Shown one piece after another: positions 38,093 through 47,330 of a DNA stretch of 64,000 nucleotides (positions are counted from its first letter, which is position 1; each line of letters opens with the position of its first letter). A program made the translations under genes and the position numbers. A model generated the notes under the pieces. The model was not told where the DNA came from, made no database searches, and worked only from the letters and a program-made list of their open reading frames with translations. The stretch is from positions 12,009 through 76,008 of the forward strand of contig JAGQVX010000001.1 of assembly GCA_020437755.1 (NCBI GenBank). The letters run 5' to 3'. This DNA is from Flavobacteriales bacterium (GTDB taxonomy: Bacteria; Bacteroidota; Bacteroidia; Flavobacteriales_D; Sanyastnellaceae).

Positions 38093-40729
38093 ATGAAGTA
38101 CCTCCAGGCCCTGCTGATTTTCCTGTTGTTTGCCGGCAATCTCACGGCCCAGGAGGAGGTGCGTATTACTTATCATGCCGACAATCAACAACTTACAACC
38201 ATCCTCGATGAGGTTCATGATGCGTACAGCATAAAGTTGGCTTACGACTACGGCGCCTTGAGTCAGATCAATGCCTCTATTCATGCTGACAATTTGGCCA
38301 TTCCTGATTTCTTTGCTCAGTTGCTTTCTGGAATTCCGTACGGCATTCGCCAAATAGGGAAGACCTGGGTCGTATATTACCGTCCCCCGTCACAAGAGTC
38401 TTTCGAGCAACCTACCAAATCCCTGTTTGCGTGGTCGGGAAGAATTATTGATCATTCCAGTCGAGAACCGCTGCCTTTTGCAAACGTTATTGCCAAATAC
38501 GCCAACTTGGGCACATCGACCAATGCAGATGGTTTCTTCCGATTCGAGCAATTCCCGTCCGATACTGCCACCCTAGAGATTTCCTACATCGGATACGCCA
38601 CGCTTCGAATCAAGCTGACACCTGAAATGGTTAATGAGGCGCAACCGCTAGAACTCTATCGCGATTTTTCTATTCTGCCCGTGGCCGCAATTGTAGGGGA
38701 AGAATCCAAATGGATGGAGAACGCATCAATCGTGGGAATTACCACGCTCAACGCCGATCAATTGGGCTCACTACCCTCCCTCGGCGAGAGTGACCCGATA
38801 CGATCCATCCAACTCATGCCGGGTATCAATGGCACATCCGATCAAAGTGCCAACCTCTATATCAGAGGGGGAAGGAGCGACGAAAACCTGGTGTTGTTCG
38901 ATGGCTTTAATATGTATCACCTCGACCACTTCTATGGGGTTTTTGGTGCGCTGAATCAAGATGCCGTAAAGAATATTCGGTTGTATCGGGGTTGGTTCCC
39001 AGCTCGCTTCGGCGGGCGACTATCCAGCGTGATTGAGATTACCGGAAAGGAAGGCAATCAGCTCAAACCAAAAGGAAAGGCCACCGTCAATTTCACCTCA
39101 GTATCAGCCTCCGTTGAAGCCCCTATCGTCAAAGAAAAGGCTTCAATTATCGTCTCAGCTCGTCGATCCTTTACAGATGTAATTTTCAGTCCGCTGTACC
39201 AACAATTGTTCAATAACCTCTACAACAGCTCCATTACTCAACCGGGTCAGAATGAAGTCAATACATTCGATGGTGCCGCTCCTGATTATCATTTCTATGA
39301 CGTAACGGCCAAACTTACCTGGCACCCTGGCTCGAAGGATGTGGTGCAGTTTTCGGCTTACCGCGCTCAGGACAATCTACTGATAGAGTACGACGCGGAG
39401 TTCCCGGAGTTTGAAGAGGTAATAAACTACCGCGATGAGAGTTCATGGGGGAATGCCGGTGCGGCTTTAAGGTGGGGCCATGCGGCCAAATCGGGTTGGT
39501 ATTCTGATGTAAACCTCAGTTGGTCCAACTACAAAAGTGCCCTGTTTGCCCGTGATGCCGTTTATGAAATTCCTTTTGACCTGCGCGATACCGTGTATTC
39601 CGATCAAACATCATCGCTTCAGGAATGGTCATTCAAGGGGTCTCTCGCCCGAACTATAGATGAACATGCTATCGAATTCGGGACATGGATCAACCACAAT
39701 CGTATTCAATTCGACTACGCTTCAACCGGACAAGTAACGCGAAATATTGTTGATGAATCTCCGCTGGTTGCCGTTTATGCCCAGGATGAATTCACCTGGC
39801 TGTTTGACATTTTGGCGAATGCCGGAGTGAGAATGAGCTACTTCGGAAACACCAACACCGTATATACCGAACCTCGAATTGCACTCAGCAAACCCCTCTG
39901 GTTTGGATTTTCAGCATCCGTAGCCTACGGCCGCTATTTCCAGGTTATTCGAAAAGTGAGAAGCCAAAACCTGTTCCGCAACACTCCCGACTACTGGGCC
40001 CTGTCTGATCTGGAACAGGTTCCTGTGGGTCGCAATGATCAGATTCAAGGACAAATTGCCTGGGAAGACAACCGGTTTCGCTTCCAGGTGGAGGGATATT
40101 ACCGTTGGCTTAAAGGCACCATAGAGGATCCTCTCACATTTCGAAATGACGGAGCCGTTGACAACAACCAACTCTTTACCGGCGATGGCTCGGCATGGGG
40201 GGGAGAAGTGATGCTTCAAAAACTCACCGGACAACATACCGGTTGGGTGTCGGCCACGGTTGGGCGTGTGTACTATGATTTAGACCAGTTGGAGCAGAAG
40301 CAGCTGTACCCTTCACACGACCAACTGTTTGAAATGAAGTGGGCATATATTTTCCGCATTCCCCGATGGAAATTCAGCGCTACGTTCGTCTATGGATCGG
40401 GAAAACCATATAGTCCGGTCCTGGGTACTTACACCATTCCATTGGTCAATGGAAATGACCAGCGAATCATTGTTCCAGGCGACTTCAACAGCGGCCGACT
40501 AGCCCCCTATCACCGGCTGGATCTGGGAGTACAATACACGCTAAGCTTTAAGAAGTCGAATATTGATTTGGGGCTTTTTGCATATAACGTGTACAATAGG
40601 AAGAACGTCAAGGACAGGGAATACTTTGTAGTCAGTCAATTAAGCGACCCGCAATTGTATTCGCTGGACTCGAGAGATATTGTTTCACTGGGATTTGTCC
40701 CGGCCCTTAAAATGACCGTGCATTTTTGA
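38093..40729 (+). CDS. TonB-dependent receptor with N-terminal STN signalling domain and CarboxypepD_reg domain
   Basis: Signal ...AGNLTA/QEE. STN-like segment (QQLTTILDEVHDAYSIKLAYDYGAL...). GRIIDHSSREPLPFANV. Plug (DPIRSIQLMPGING...IRGGRSDENLVLFDGFNMY). A large beta-barrel ends in ...LKMTVHF. Confidence 0.9.
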   Translation: MKYLQALLIFLLFAGNLTAQEEVRITYHADNQQLTTILDEVHDAYSIKLAYDYGALSQINASIHADNLAIPDFFAQLLSGIPYGIRQIGKTWVVYYRPPSQESFEQPTKSLFAWSGRIIDHSSREPLPFANVIAKYANLGTSTNADGFFRFEQFPSDTATLEISYIGYATLRIKLTPEMVNEAQPLELYRDFSILPVAAIVGEESKWMENASIVGITTLNADQLGSLPSLGESDPIRSIQLMPGINGTSDQSANLYIRGGRSDENLVLFDGFNMYHLDHFYGVFGALNQDAVKNIRLYRGWFPARFGGRLSSVIEITGKEGNQLKPKGKATVNFTSVSASVEAPIVKEKASIIVSARRSFTDVIFSPLYQQLFNNLYNSSITQPGQNEVNTFDGAAPDYHFYDVTAKLTWHPGSKDVVQFSAYRAQDNLLIEYDAEFPEFEEVINYRDESSWGNAGAALRWGHAAKSGWYSDVNLSWSNYKSALFARDAVYEIPFDLRDTVYSDQTSSLQEWSFKGSLARTIDEHAIEFGTWINHNRIQFDYASTGQVTRNIVDESPLVAVYAQDEFTWLFDILANAGVRMSYFGNTNTVYTEPRIALSKPLWFGFSASVAYGRYFQVIRKVRSQNLFRNTPDYWALSDLEQVPVGRNDQIQGQIAWEDNRFRFQVEGYYRWLKGTIEDPLTFRNDGAVDNNQLFTGDGSAWGGEVMLQKLTGQHTGWVSATVGRVYYDLDQLEQKQLYPSHDQLFEMKWAYIFRIPRWKFSATFVYGSGKPYSPVLGTYTIPLVNGNDQRIIVPGDFNSGRLAPYHRLDLGVQYTLSFKKSNIDLGLFAYNVYNRKNVKDREYFVVSQLSDPQLYSLDSRDIVSLGFVPALKMTVHF

Positions 40730-41508
40730 AGAATATACTTTACATAGTATTTAGCGCAGCCCTGCTGTTGAGCTGTGAACCCGACAATGTAGCCGACCAG
40801 GTTGAAGACTTGGTTGTAATAAAGTCGATATTGTTCGAAGGGGAAGATGAACATGAAGTGCTGCTCAGCCGCATCAATCCCATTGGTGACCAAAGTAGCG
40901 AAAAACCCATTTCAGGAGCTTCAGTCTCCTTGGTTGGTGCAGGCCAAACTGCAGTTTTTACCGAAGATGAGGTCGATGCGGGTCACTACTTGACCAGTGG
41001 TGAACTCACCACTTTTAGCGGACAGGTTTTTCGAGTGGAAGCGGTTGTGGACGGACGTATAGTTTCTTCGGAGACTTCCATGCCTGAACCTGTTCAGTTC
41101 ATTTCCATAAGCGACCAGTTGGTGCTCATCGATGAGCAAGATCCGGGAGCTCAGGTCTTTGAGGTTTCCTGGATTCAGGAGGAGGGATATGAATATGTAT
41201 TGTTGTTGCACGAACCCGACGATGATCCTGAGAGCATCCAGTTTGGTGTACCATCCGGCAACTTTGAAGCCGTGTATGAACTTCCTACCGAGAAGAACTT
41301 CTTAACGATATATGCCTCCGACTTCCGGTATTATGGTGAACACCTATTGGAGATCATCCGAATCGATACAGAATATGCAAGCGTGTTCCGATATGCCCCT
41401 GGCATTAATCATCATGTATTCAACGGACCCGACAATGTGTCGGGAGGGGCGGGGTATGTTACCGGAGTGAGCAGCGTGATGATCGGTTTGAATGTGCAGG
41501 AACAATAA
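40726..41508 (+). CDS. DUF4249-like lipoprotein
   Basis: Lipobox LLLSC. The size and position directly after a TonB-dependent receptor, with an ATGA overlap, are typical of DUF4249. Confidence 0.65.
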   Translation: MKNILYIVFSAALLLSCEPDNVADQVEDLVVIKSILFEGEDEHEVLLSRINPIGDQSSEKPISGASVSLVGAGQTAVFTEDEVDAGHYLTSGELTTFSGQVFRVEAVVDGRIVSSETSMPEPVQFISISDQLVLIDEQDPGAQVFEVSWIQEEGYEYVLLLHEPDDDPESIQFGVPSGNFEAVYELPTEKNFLTIYASDFRYYGEHLLEIIRIDTEYASVFRYAPGINHHVFNGPDNVSGGAGYVTGVSSVMIGLNVQEQ

Positions 41509-41578
41509 TTTGAAAAAGGAGGTAGGGGAATGCGCAACTGCGTTGTATAGTATTCGCTTATCCTAAGCATAGAAAGAG

Positions 41579-42427
41579 GTGAATAAAGAAAGATTGACAA
41601 AGGAACTGCTTGAAAACTGGCAGGTTCCGGGGAGAAAGAGTAAAGATGAGGTTTGGAATAGTATCCAGTCTCGTATCGCTGTGGAAGAAACCGCTTCCGG
41701 CACTCGTGTGGTATCCATTCGTCGCAAGGCGGTTTGGGCATCTGTGGCAGCCGTTGCCGTTATTGCATTGGGCGTGGCCATATTCATGCCACGTGTTGAG
41801 AAGGTGGAGTTTGTCCAGCTTTCTCTTCAACCTGATCCATTTGTCCTGCCTGATGGCTCCAAAATTTGGCTTCATGCCCAATCAAAAGCATGGTACGACC
41901 AAAACGCATGGGAAGATGGTCGGGCTGTACACCTTTCAGGCGAAGGCTATTTCGAAGTAACCAAAGGCTCACGATTTGAGGTGCACACGGATAAAGGCGT
42001 GGTTAGTGTCTTGGGAACGAGCTTCGATGTTTATCAACGCAACAATGGATTTGATGTAGTGTGCTACACGGGTAAGGTAGGCGTTGATGATGAAGACGAA
42101 AGTGTCGTGCTCTCACCCGGAGAAAGAATTCATGCGTCTGGCAGTGCCTTAGGAGATGTGTTGTCGATTGAAGGAACTGAACCGGATTGGAAATCGGGAT
42201 ACTACGAATTCCATAATGAGGATGCAGCGCGGATTTTTGAAGAGATTGAGTTGCAATTTGGATGCAATATCGAATGGCCAACAACACTGGATAAGCGTTC
42301 GACATGTGAGTTCTCCAACGAGAATTTGCAGGAAGCCCTTATGATCGTGTGCGTTTCCATGGGGTTGGAGTTTGAGATCGATAAGCAGTTGAACGTGACA
42401 ATCTCTGAAAGCAAACAGGCCTCTTGA
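41579..42427 (+). CDS. FecR-family anti-sigma factor/sensor
   Basis: A cytoplasmic N-terminus, one TM helix (VWASVAAVAVIALGVAIF), then a FecR domain (LPDGSKIWLHAQSKAWY...LSGEGYFEVTKG...VSVLGTSFDV). Confidence 0.85.
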   Translation: MNKERLTKELLENWQVPGRKSKDEVWNSIQSRIAVEETASGTRVVSIRRKAVWASVAAVAVIALGVAIFMPRVEKVEFVQLSLQPDPFVLPDGSKIWLHAQSKAWYDQNAWEDGRAVHLSGEGYFEVTKGSRFEVHTDKGVVSVLGTSFDVYQRNNGFDVVCYTGKVGVDDEDESVVLSPGERIHASGSALGDVLSIEGTEPDWKSGYYEFHNEDAARIFEEIELQFGCNIEWPTTLDKRSTCEFSNENLQEALMIVCVSMGLEFEIDKQLNVTISESKQAS

Positions 42428-42607
42428 CATCTTCAAAAAATGTTAAGAAGCGCCCTACGACCAAGAGAAATAACGAGTTTTGCGTAATAGTTGACAGAGG
42501 GGGTAGGGTTTCAAAAACGCACATTGTATAAAGGACGTAATTTACCACTAAGGCGGACTGATCTGGTTCGCTGATAAATAGTATAGTTAGTTTTAGTTAA
42601 GGTTTAG

Positions 42608-42641
42608 AAGAGGTCTCGAAAACGTTCGAGACCTCTTTTTA
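42608..42641 (+). terminator. Strong rho-independent terminator
   Basis: A perfect 13-bp stem aagaggtctcgaa / ttcgagacctctt with loop aacg, then a T5 run. It lies 180 nt after the fecR stop. Confidence 0.75.
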
Positions 42642-42706
42642 TTGGCGTGCCGTGCATGGGTAGTAGTATTACTGAGCTTTTTTTCTAGTGCAATTCAGCT
42701 CTCTGT

Positions 42707-42720
42707 ATGACTTTTGTCAT
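42707..42720. promoter_or_regulatory. Perfect palindrome ATGAC-N4-GTCAT upstream of the nap locus (candidate Crp/Fnr-type site)
   Basis: ATGACTTTTGTCAT ends 68 nt upstream of the ATG at 42788. A 7-bp hairpin (agaggta-N10-tacctct) lies at 42749..42772. Any function is purely inferred. Confidence 0.3.
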
Positions 42721-42787
42721 GGAAGACAGTTTCAACAAGCAGTAGTTTAGAGGTAATAAAACAAATACCTCTGAAATTAGCTGTGTC

Positions 42788-44056
42788 ATGGGTTTTAAAT
42801 TGCTCGCTTGTATACCTGTATTGCTGTGTTTTTCGCTGAATGCACAATTCACGGCAGATGTTGATTTGCGCTCACGCGCTGAATATCGGAACGGGTTTTC
42901 TACACTCGTTCCTGAGGGTGCTGATCCCGCTTTTTTTGTTCAACAGCGTACCCGTTTGAAGGCAGAGTTTAAGTCTGAAAGGGTTGACGTCTTCTTGAGC
43001 ATACAAGACATTCGAGTCTGGGGTGACGTAGGTCAATTGAACTCTTCGGATGTGAATGGATTCTCTGTACATGAAGCATGGGCTAGAATTCCCATTGCAA
43101 AAGGACTTACAACGAAGATAGGCCGCCAGGAAGTTTCTCTTGACGACGAGAGAATTCTCGGAAGTGTAGACTGGGCTATGCAAGCTCGCAGTCATGATAT
43201 GCTTGGACTCGCATATGAAAAAGGTAGATTCAGATCGCGTCTCGCCGTCGCTTTCAACCAGGACGGTGTAAAACTGACGGGTAATACCCTGATTAATCCG
43301 AGTACATATAAAACCATGCAATTCCTTTGGTTGAACCAAAGAATCAAGGAATTTCATGTAAGTGTTTTGGTGTTGAACAACGGACTACAATTTATTCATG
43401 ACAGTATTCCTAGTGAGAATAGAGTACGCTATAGTCAGACCCTCGGGACACACCTAAAGTGGAAGAAGGGTATTTTCAATGTCATGGCAAACGGTTATTT
43501 TCAAACGGGTGAAGATCGAGTAGGCACGGGGATAGAAGCATTTCTGGCCGGACTTGAGGTTGGTTTGAAGAAAGAGAAATGGGCAATTGGACTCGGGGGT
43601 GAGTTGCAAAGTGGAAATCGACTCGGCGATCCATCTAACAACACCGCCTTTACGCCGCTATATGGTACCAACCATAAATTCAACGGTCTGATGGACTACT
43701 TCTATGTTGGGAATCATATCGGTGGACCTGGGCTGCGAGATCTTTATATAAATCTTCAAAGCAAACTTGGAGCTAAGTGTGGTCTTTCATTGACGTGGCA
43801 CAATTTTTCATCGGCTCAGACTTTTGTGCAAGATGAGTCAACTTATTTAGGTGAAGAGTTCGATGTCGTTGCCACGTACAATGTCAATAGTGATGTTATT
43901 CTAAAAGCGGGTTATTCGCATCTAATTCCCAAAAAAGGAATGAAACTTCTTAAAGGAGTGGATAATAACGAAGTCAATAATTGGGGATGGATTATGCTTA
44001 TTGTAAAACCAAGGATATTCTCCACAGCTAAACCACATACCCCAGCAATCCAATAG
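42788..44056 (+). CDS. Outer-membrane beta-barrel, alginate-export-like porin
   Basis: Signal ...CFSLNA/QFTAD. An alternating beta-strand pattern runs throughout. DLRSRAEYRNGF and QDIRVWGD resemble alginate_exp-family porins. It is 10 nt upstream of napD. Confidence 0.7.
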   Translation: MGFKLLACIPVLLCFSLNAQFTADVDLRSRAEYRNGFSTLVPEGADPAFFVQQRTRLKAEFKSERVDVFLSIQDIRVWGDVGQLNSSDVNGFSVHEAWARIPIAKGLTTKIGRQEVSLDDERILGSVDWAMQARSHDMLGLAYEKGRFRSRLAVAFNQDGVKLTGNTLINPSTYKTMQFLWLNQRIKEFHVSVLVLNNGLQFIHDSIPSENRVRYSQTLGTHLKWKKGIFNVMANGYFQTGEDRVGTGIEAFLAGLEVGLKKEKWAIGLGGELQSGNRLGDPSNNTAFTPLYGTNHKFNGLMDYFYVGNHIGGPGLRDLYINLQSKLGAKCGLSLTWHNFSSAQTFVQDESTYLGEEFDVVATYNVNSDVILKAGYSHLIPKKGMKLLKGVDNNEVNNWGWIMLIVKPRIFSTAKPHTPAIQ

Positions 44057-44066
44057 TAGCAAACAC

Positions 44067-44303
44067 ATGTCAATCAAGAGTTACATTGTACATCCAGTGC
44101 CAGGGAGGAAATCTCAATTGATATTCCAGTTGTCTAAGATGAGTTCTTGTGAAGTGGTAGCGGCCGAGAACAAGGATATATTGATATTGGTAACAGACAC
44201 TTCTACCAAAGAAGAGGATGATGAGTTGCTTTCAAAAATCAATGAGCTTGATCATCTGTCAATGCTCACTATGGTGTCGGGATTTAACACAACGTCAAAT
44301 TGA
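44067..44303 (+). CDS. napD: NapD-like chaperone
   Basis: 78 aa. The pattern IKSYIVHPVPGRKSQLIFQLSKMSSCEVVAAENKDILILV is ferredoxin-fold NapD-like. It sits directly 5' of napA. Confidence 0.75.
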   Translation: MSIKSYIVHPVPGRKSQLIFQLSKMSSCEVVAAENKDILILVTDTSTKEEDDELLSKINELDHLSMLTMVSGFNTTSN

Positions 44304-44309
44304 TAGAAT

Positions 44310-46634
44310 ATGATCTTCAACGAACTATCAAATAGAAGAACATTCTTACGTCGCATGGCAAAGCTTTCAGCCATGGCGGCCGCAACAGCTATGTTTCCCG
44401 GAATCATGTTTCCGAATGAACAGCTCGCGGCTATTCCGAATGGATCAATCGATTGGAAAAAGGCTCCTTGTCGGTTCTGTGGAGTAGGGTGTGGAGTACT
44501 CGTTGGTATTCAACAAGGAAAGGCCGTTGCAGTAAAAGGAGATCCAAAATCGTCGGTAAACAAAGGATTGTGTTGTGTCAAAGGTTATCATTCGATCATG
44601 GCACTATATGGCGCCGACCGACTCACAAAACCTCTTGTCAAAGAAAATGGAAAGTATGTCGAAAAGACCATGGATGAGGCACTTCAGCTAATCGCTGAAA
44701 AAATGAAAGAAACCATTAAGGATTACGGCAAAGATTCAGTGTCTATATATGGATCCGGACAATGGACAATTCCTGATGGTTATGTGGCTTCTAAGCTGTT
44801 TAAAGGTTGCATAGGAACTAACAATGTTGAAGCCAACGCGAGGCTCTGCATGGCAAGCGCAGTAACAGGTTTTATGTCCTCGTTCGGAATTGATGAACCT
44901 ATGGGTTGCTACGAGGACATTGATCATGCGAATGTATTTGTGCTCTGGGGAAACAATATGGCCGAAATGCATCCGGTTCTGTTCTCCCGCTTGTTGGATC
45001 AACGCATGAATCGCGGGTCGAAAATTGTAGATTTTGCCACCCGTACAACGCGTACTTCTACTGCAGCTGATAAGTCCATCATGTTCAAGCCACAAACTGA
45101 TTTGGCTGTGGCCAATTCCATTTGTTACGAGATCGTGAACAACGGTTGGGTCAATGAAAGGTTTATTGAGAATCACTGCAATTTCTCAAAAGGTCTCACC
45201 AATATAGGGTATGGAATGGAGGACAAATATTCCTTCCAGGACAAACCTGAAATGATTGACTTCGATACCTACAAGGAATTCTTAAAGGATTACTCACCTG
45301 AAAAAGTAGAGAAAATCTCTGGGGTCTCCGCAAGAGATATAAAGTACATGGCTTCGCTCTACGGAGATCCTAATGTTAAAGTGATGTCACTGTGGTGCAT
45401 GGGTGCCAATCAGCATACACGCGGGACCTGGATCAACAACCTGATCTATAATATCCATCTCCTTACGGGCAAAATTTCGTCACCTGGCAACAGTCCTTTC
45501 TCGCTCACTGGTCAGCCAAGCGCCTGCGGGACCGTGAGGGAAGTTGGAACCCTTACTCATAAGCTACCCCACGGCGTGGTAATGAATGAAGAACATCGCA
45601 AGGAGGCGGCCAAAATCTGGGATGTTCCGATTAATAATATCGACCCAAAGCCTTCATACCATACTGTAGAAATGTTCAGGGCGCTGGATAGAGGTGAAAT
45701 TCGCTTTATGTGGATTCAAGTTACCAACCCTATGGTTACTATGCCGAAGCTGAAACGCTACCGAGACGCCGCAAAAAAAGAAGGACGTTTTATAGTTGTG
45801 TCGGATATTTATCCTACGCCAACCACTGACATTGCCGATGTTATACTTCCCTCAGCATGTTGGATTGAAAGAGAGGGCATGTACGGAAACTCTGAGCGAC
45901 GGACACAGTATTTCGAACAAATGATAGAACCACCTGGCCAAGCGATTAGTGATACATGGCAAATAGTAGAGGTGGCTAGAAGGATGGGGTTTGGAAAGCA
46001 GTTTGCTTACAAAAAAGAAACCCATATCGAAGAAATTTACAACGAGTACCGAAGATTTCACGACAATAAAAAGCACAATATGGCACCTTTGGAGGTGCTC
46101 AAGTCTCAGCCTGGGGCAATGTGGCCTTACGTTGATGGAAAATCGACGAAATGGCGGTTTAATGCCGCCTATGATCCTGCTTGTACCCAAGGTGAATTTG
46201 ATTTTTATGGTAAGCCTGACCATCGCGCAGTTATTTGGCAACGACCATATGAGCAGGCGGCAGAAGAGCCGGATGCCGATTATCCGTTTTGGCTGAATAC
46301 TGGTCGTGTGATTGAGCATTGGCACACCGGGTCGATGACGCGTCGAATTCCAGTTTTGCACAAGGCGATGCCACAAGCCTATGTTGAACTTAACCCGGAG
46401 GATGCCATGAAAATGGGCATACAAAACGGGGATCCGGTGAAGTTGACGTCACGAAGAGGTGACATCATATTGCCTGCTTCGATTAATGAACGCGGAATGC
46501 CTGTTCGCGGGCAAGTATTTGTCCCTTTTTTCGACGAAGGAATGCTTATCAACGAAATTACCTTGGACGCTTTTTGTCCAATATCCAAGCAGCCCGATTA
46601 CAAAAAATGTGCGGTAAAAATTACCAAGGCATAA
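44310..46634 (+). CDS. napA: Periplasmic nitrate reductase catalytic subunit
   Basis: Tat leader SNRRTFLRRMAKLSAMAAATA. 4Fe-4S motif CRFCGVGCGVLVG...CVKGYH. Mo-ligand region ARLCMASAVTGFMSSFGIDEPMGCYEDID. 774 aa. Confidence 0.95.
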   Translation: MIFNELSNRRTFLRRMAKLSAMAAATAMFPGIMFPNEQLAAIPNGSIDWKKAPCRFCGVGCGVLVGIQQGKAVAVKGDPKSSVNKGLCCVKGYHSIMALYGADRLTKPLVKENGKYVEKTMDEALQLIAEKMKETIKDYGKDSVSIYGSGQWTIPDGYVASKLFKGCIGTNNVEANARLCMASAVTGFMSSFGIDEPMGCYEDIDHANVFVLWGNNMAEMHPVLFSRLLDQRMNRGSKIVDFATRTTRTSTAADKSIMFKPQTDLAVANSICYEIVNNGWVNERFIENHCNFSKGLTNIGYGMEDKYSFQDKPEMIDFDTYKEFLKDYSPEKVEKISGVSARDIKYMASLYGDPNVKVMSLWCMGANQHTRGTWINNLIYNIHLLTGKISSPGNSPFSLTGQPSACGTVREVGTLTHKLPHGVVMNEEHRKEAAKIWDVPINNIDPKPSYHTVEMFRALDRGEIRFMWIQVTNPMVTMPKLKRYRDAAKKEGRFIVVSDIYPTPTTDIADVILPSACWIEREGMYGNSERRTQYFEQMIEPPGQAISDTWQIVEVARRMGFGKQFAYKKETHIEEIYNEYRRFHDNKKHNMAPLEVLKSQPGAMWPYVDGKSTKWRFNAAYDPACTQGEFDFYGKPDHRAVIWQRPYEQAAEEPDADYPFWLNTGRVIEHWHTGSMTRRIPVLHKAMPQAYVELNPEDAMKMGIQNGDPVKLTSRRGDIILPASINERGMPVRGQVFVPFFDEGMLINEITLDAFCPISKQPDYKKCAVKITKA

Positions 46635-46643
46635 GTCGAGATT

Positions 46644-47330
46644 ATGAAGCGATTATTCATCATAGGACTTTTTCTGAGTATGGTAGTAGCCGTTTTTACG
46701 ACGAGTATATTCAGTTACCAAACGTCCAAAGAAGGAGCCAATGTTGTAGAACAAAGCAATGGAATACTTCTTCCTCAAGAGGCCGGCGTATTCGAACGCT
46801 TTTATAGTTCGACGCATTACGCTGAGATGCCCATGAGTGATGATTCTGGGCGAAACCTGGATGATTACTATGCCAACAGAGCATACTATGGCGCACCGCC
46901 TTATATTCCTCATGAGGTGGTAGATGAAATAAGCATCGGGGCAGATAATTGTTTGAAATGCCATAAAAATGGAGGCTGGGTGCCCAAGTTTGAAGCCTAT
47001 GCACCTGTAGTCCCTCATCCTGAGAAAACCAGTTGCCGACAATGTCACGTGACCAACAAGTCGGAAGGTGTATTCAAAGTGAATGAGTTCCAGGGAGCAA
47101 GAGCCCCACAGTTAAGTATTACCGCTCTTCCGGGTAGTCCGCCAGCTATTCCCCATGCCCTTTTCATGCGTGAAAACTGTTTGAGCTGCCATGCCGGTCC
47201 AAGCACACCTTCGGAAATTCGTGTTTCGCATCCGGAAAGGGTCAACTGCCGACAATGTCATGCACATAACGAAACGAGTGTTAGCATCAATAATGTTTTT
47301 GCAAGAGATGGATATCAAGTTGATCAATAA
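46644..47330 (+). CDS. napB: Tetrahaem cytochrome c made of two tandem NapB-like modules
   Basis: Signal peptide and four CXXCH motifs (CLKCH, CRQCH, CLSCH, CRQCH). Both halves repeat the NapB pattern PP.IPH...CL.CH...(V/S)HPE...CRQCH...V.N.F. Confidence 0.8.
   Translation: MKRLFIIGLFLSMVVAVFTTSIFSYQTSKEGANVVEQSNGILLPQEAGVFERFYSSTHYAEMPMSDDSGRNLDDYYANRAYYGAPPYIPHEVVDEISIGADNCLKCHKNGGWVPKFEAYAPVVPHPEKTSCRQCHVTNKSEGVFKVNEFQGARAPQLSITALPGSPPAIPHALFMRENCLSCHAGPSTPSEIRVSHPERVNCRQCHAHNETSVSINNVFARDGYQVDQ

Noticed and set aside
47191-47307. The N-terminal extension of the tetrahaem cytochrome ORF listed in the track (start 47191).
   Set aside because: It lies entirely inside the NapB-like gene in another frame. 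The internal ATG at 47308 gives a canonical lipoprotein signal (MLFSCGG).
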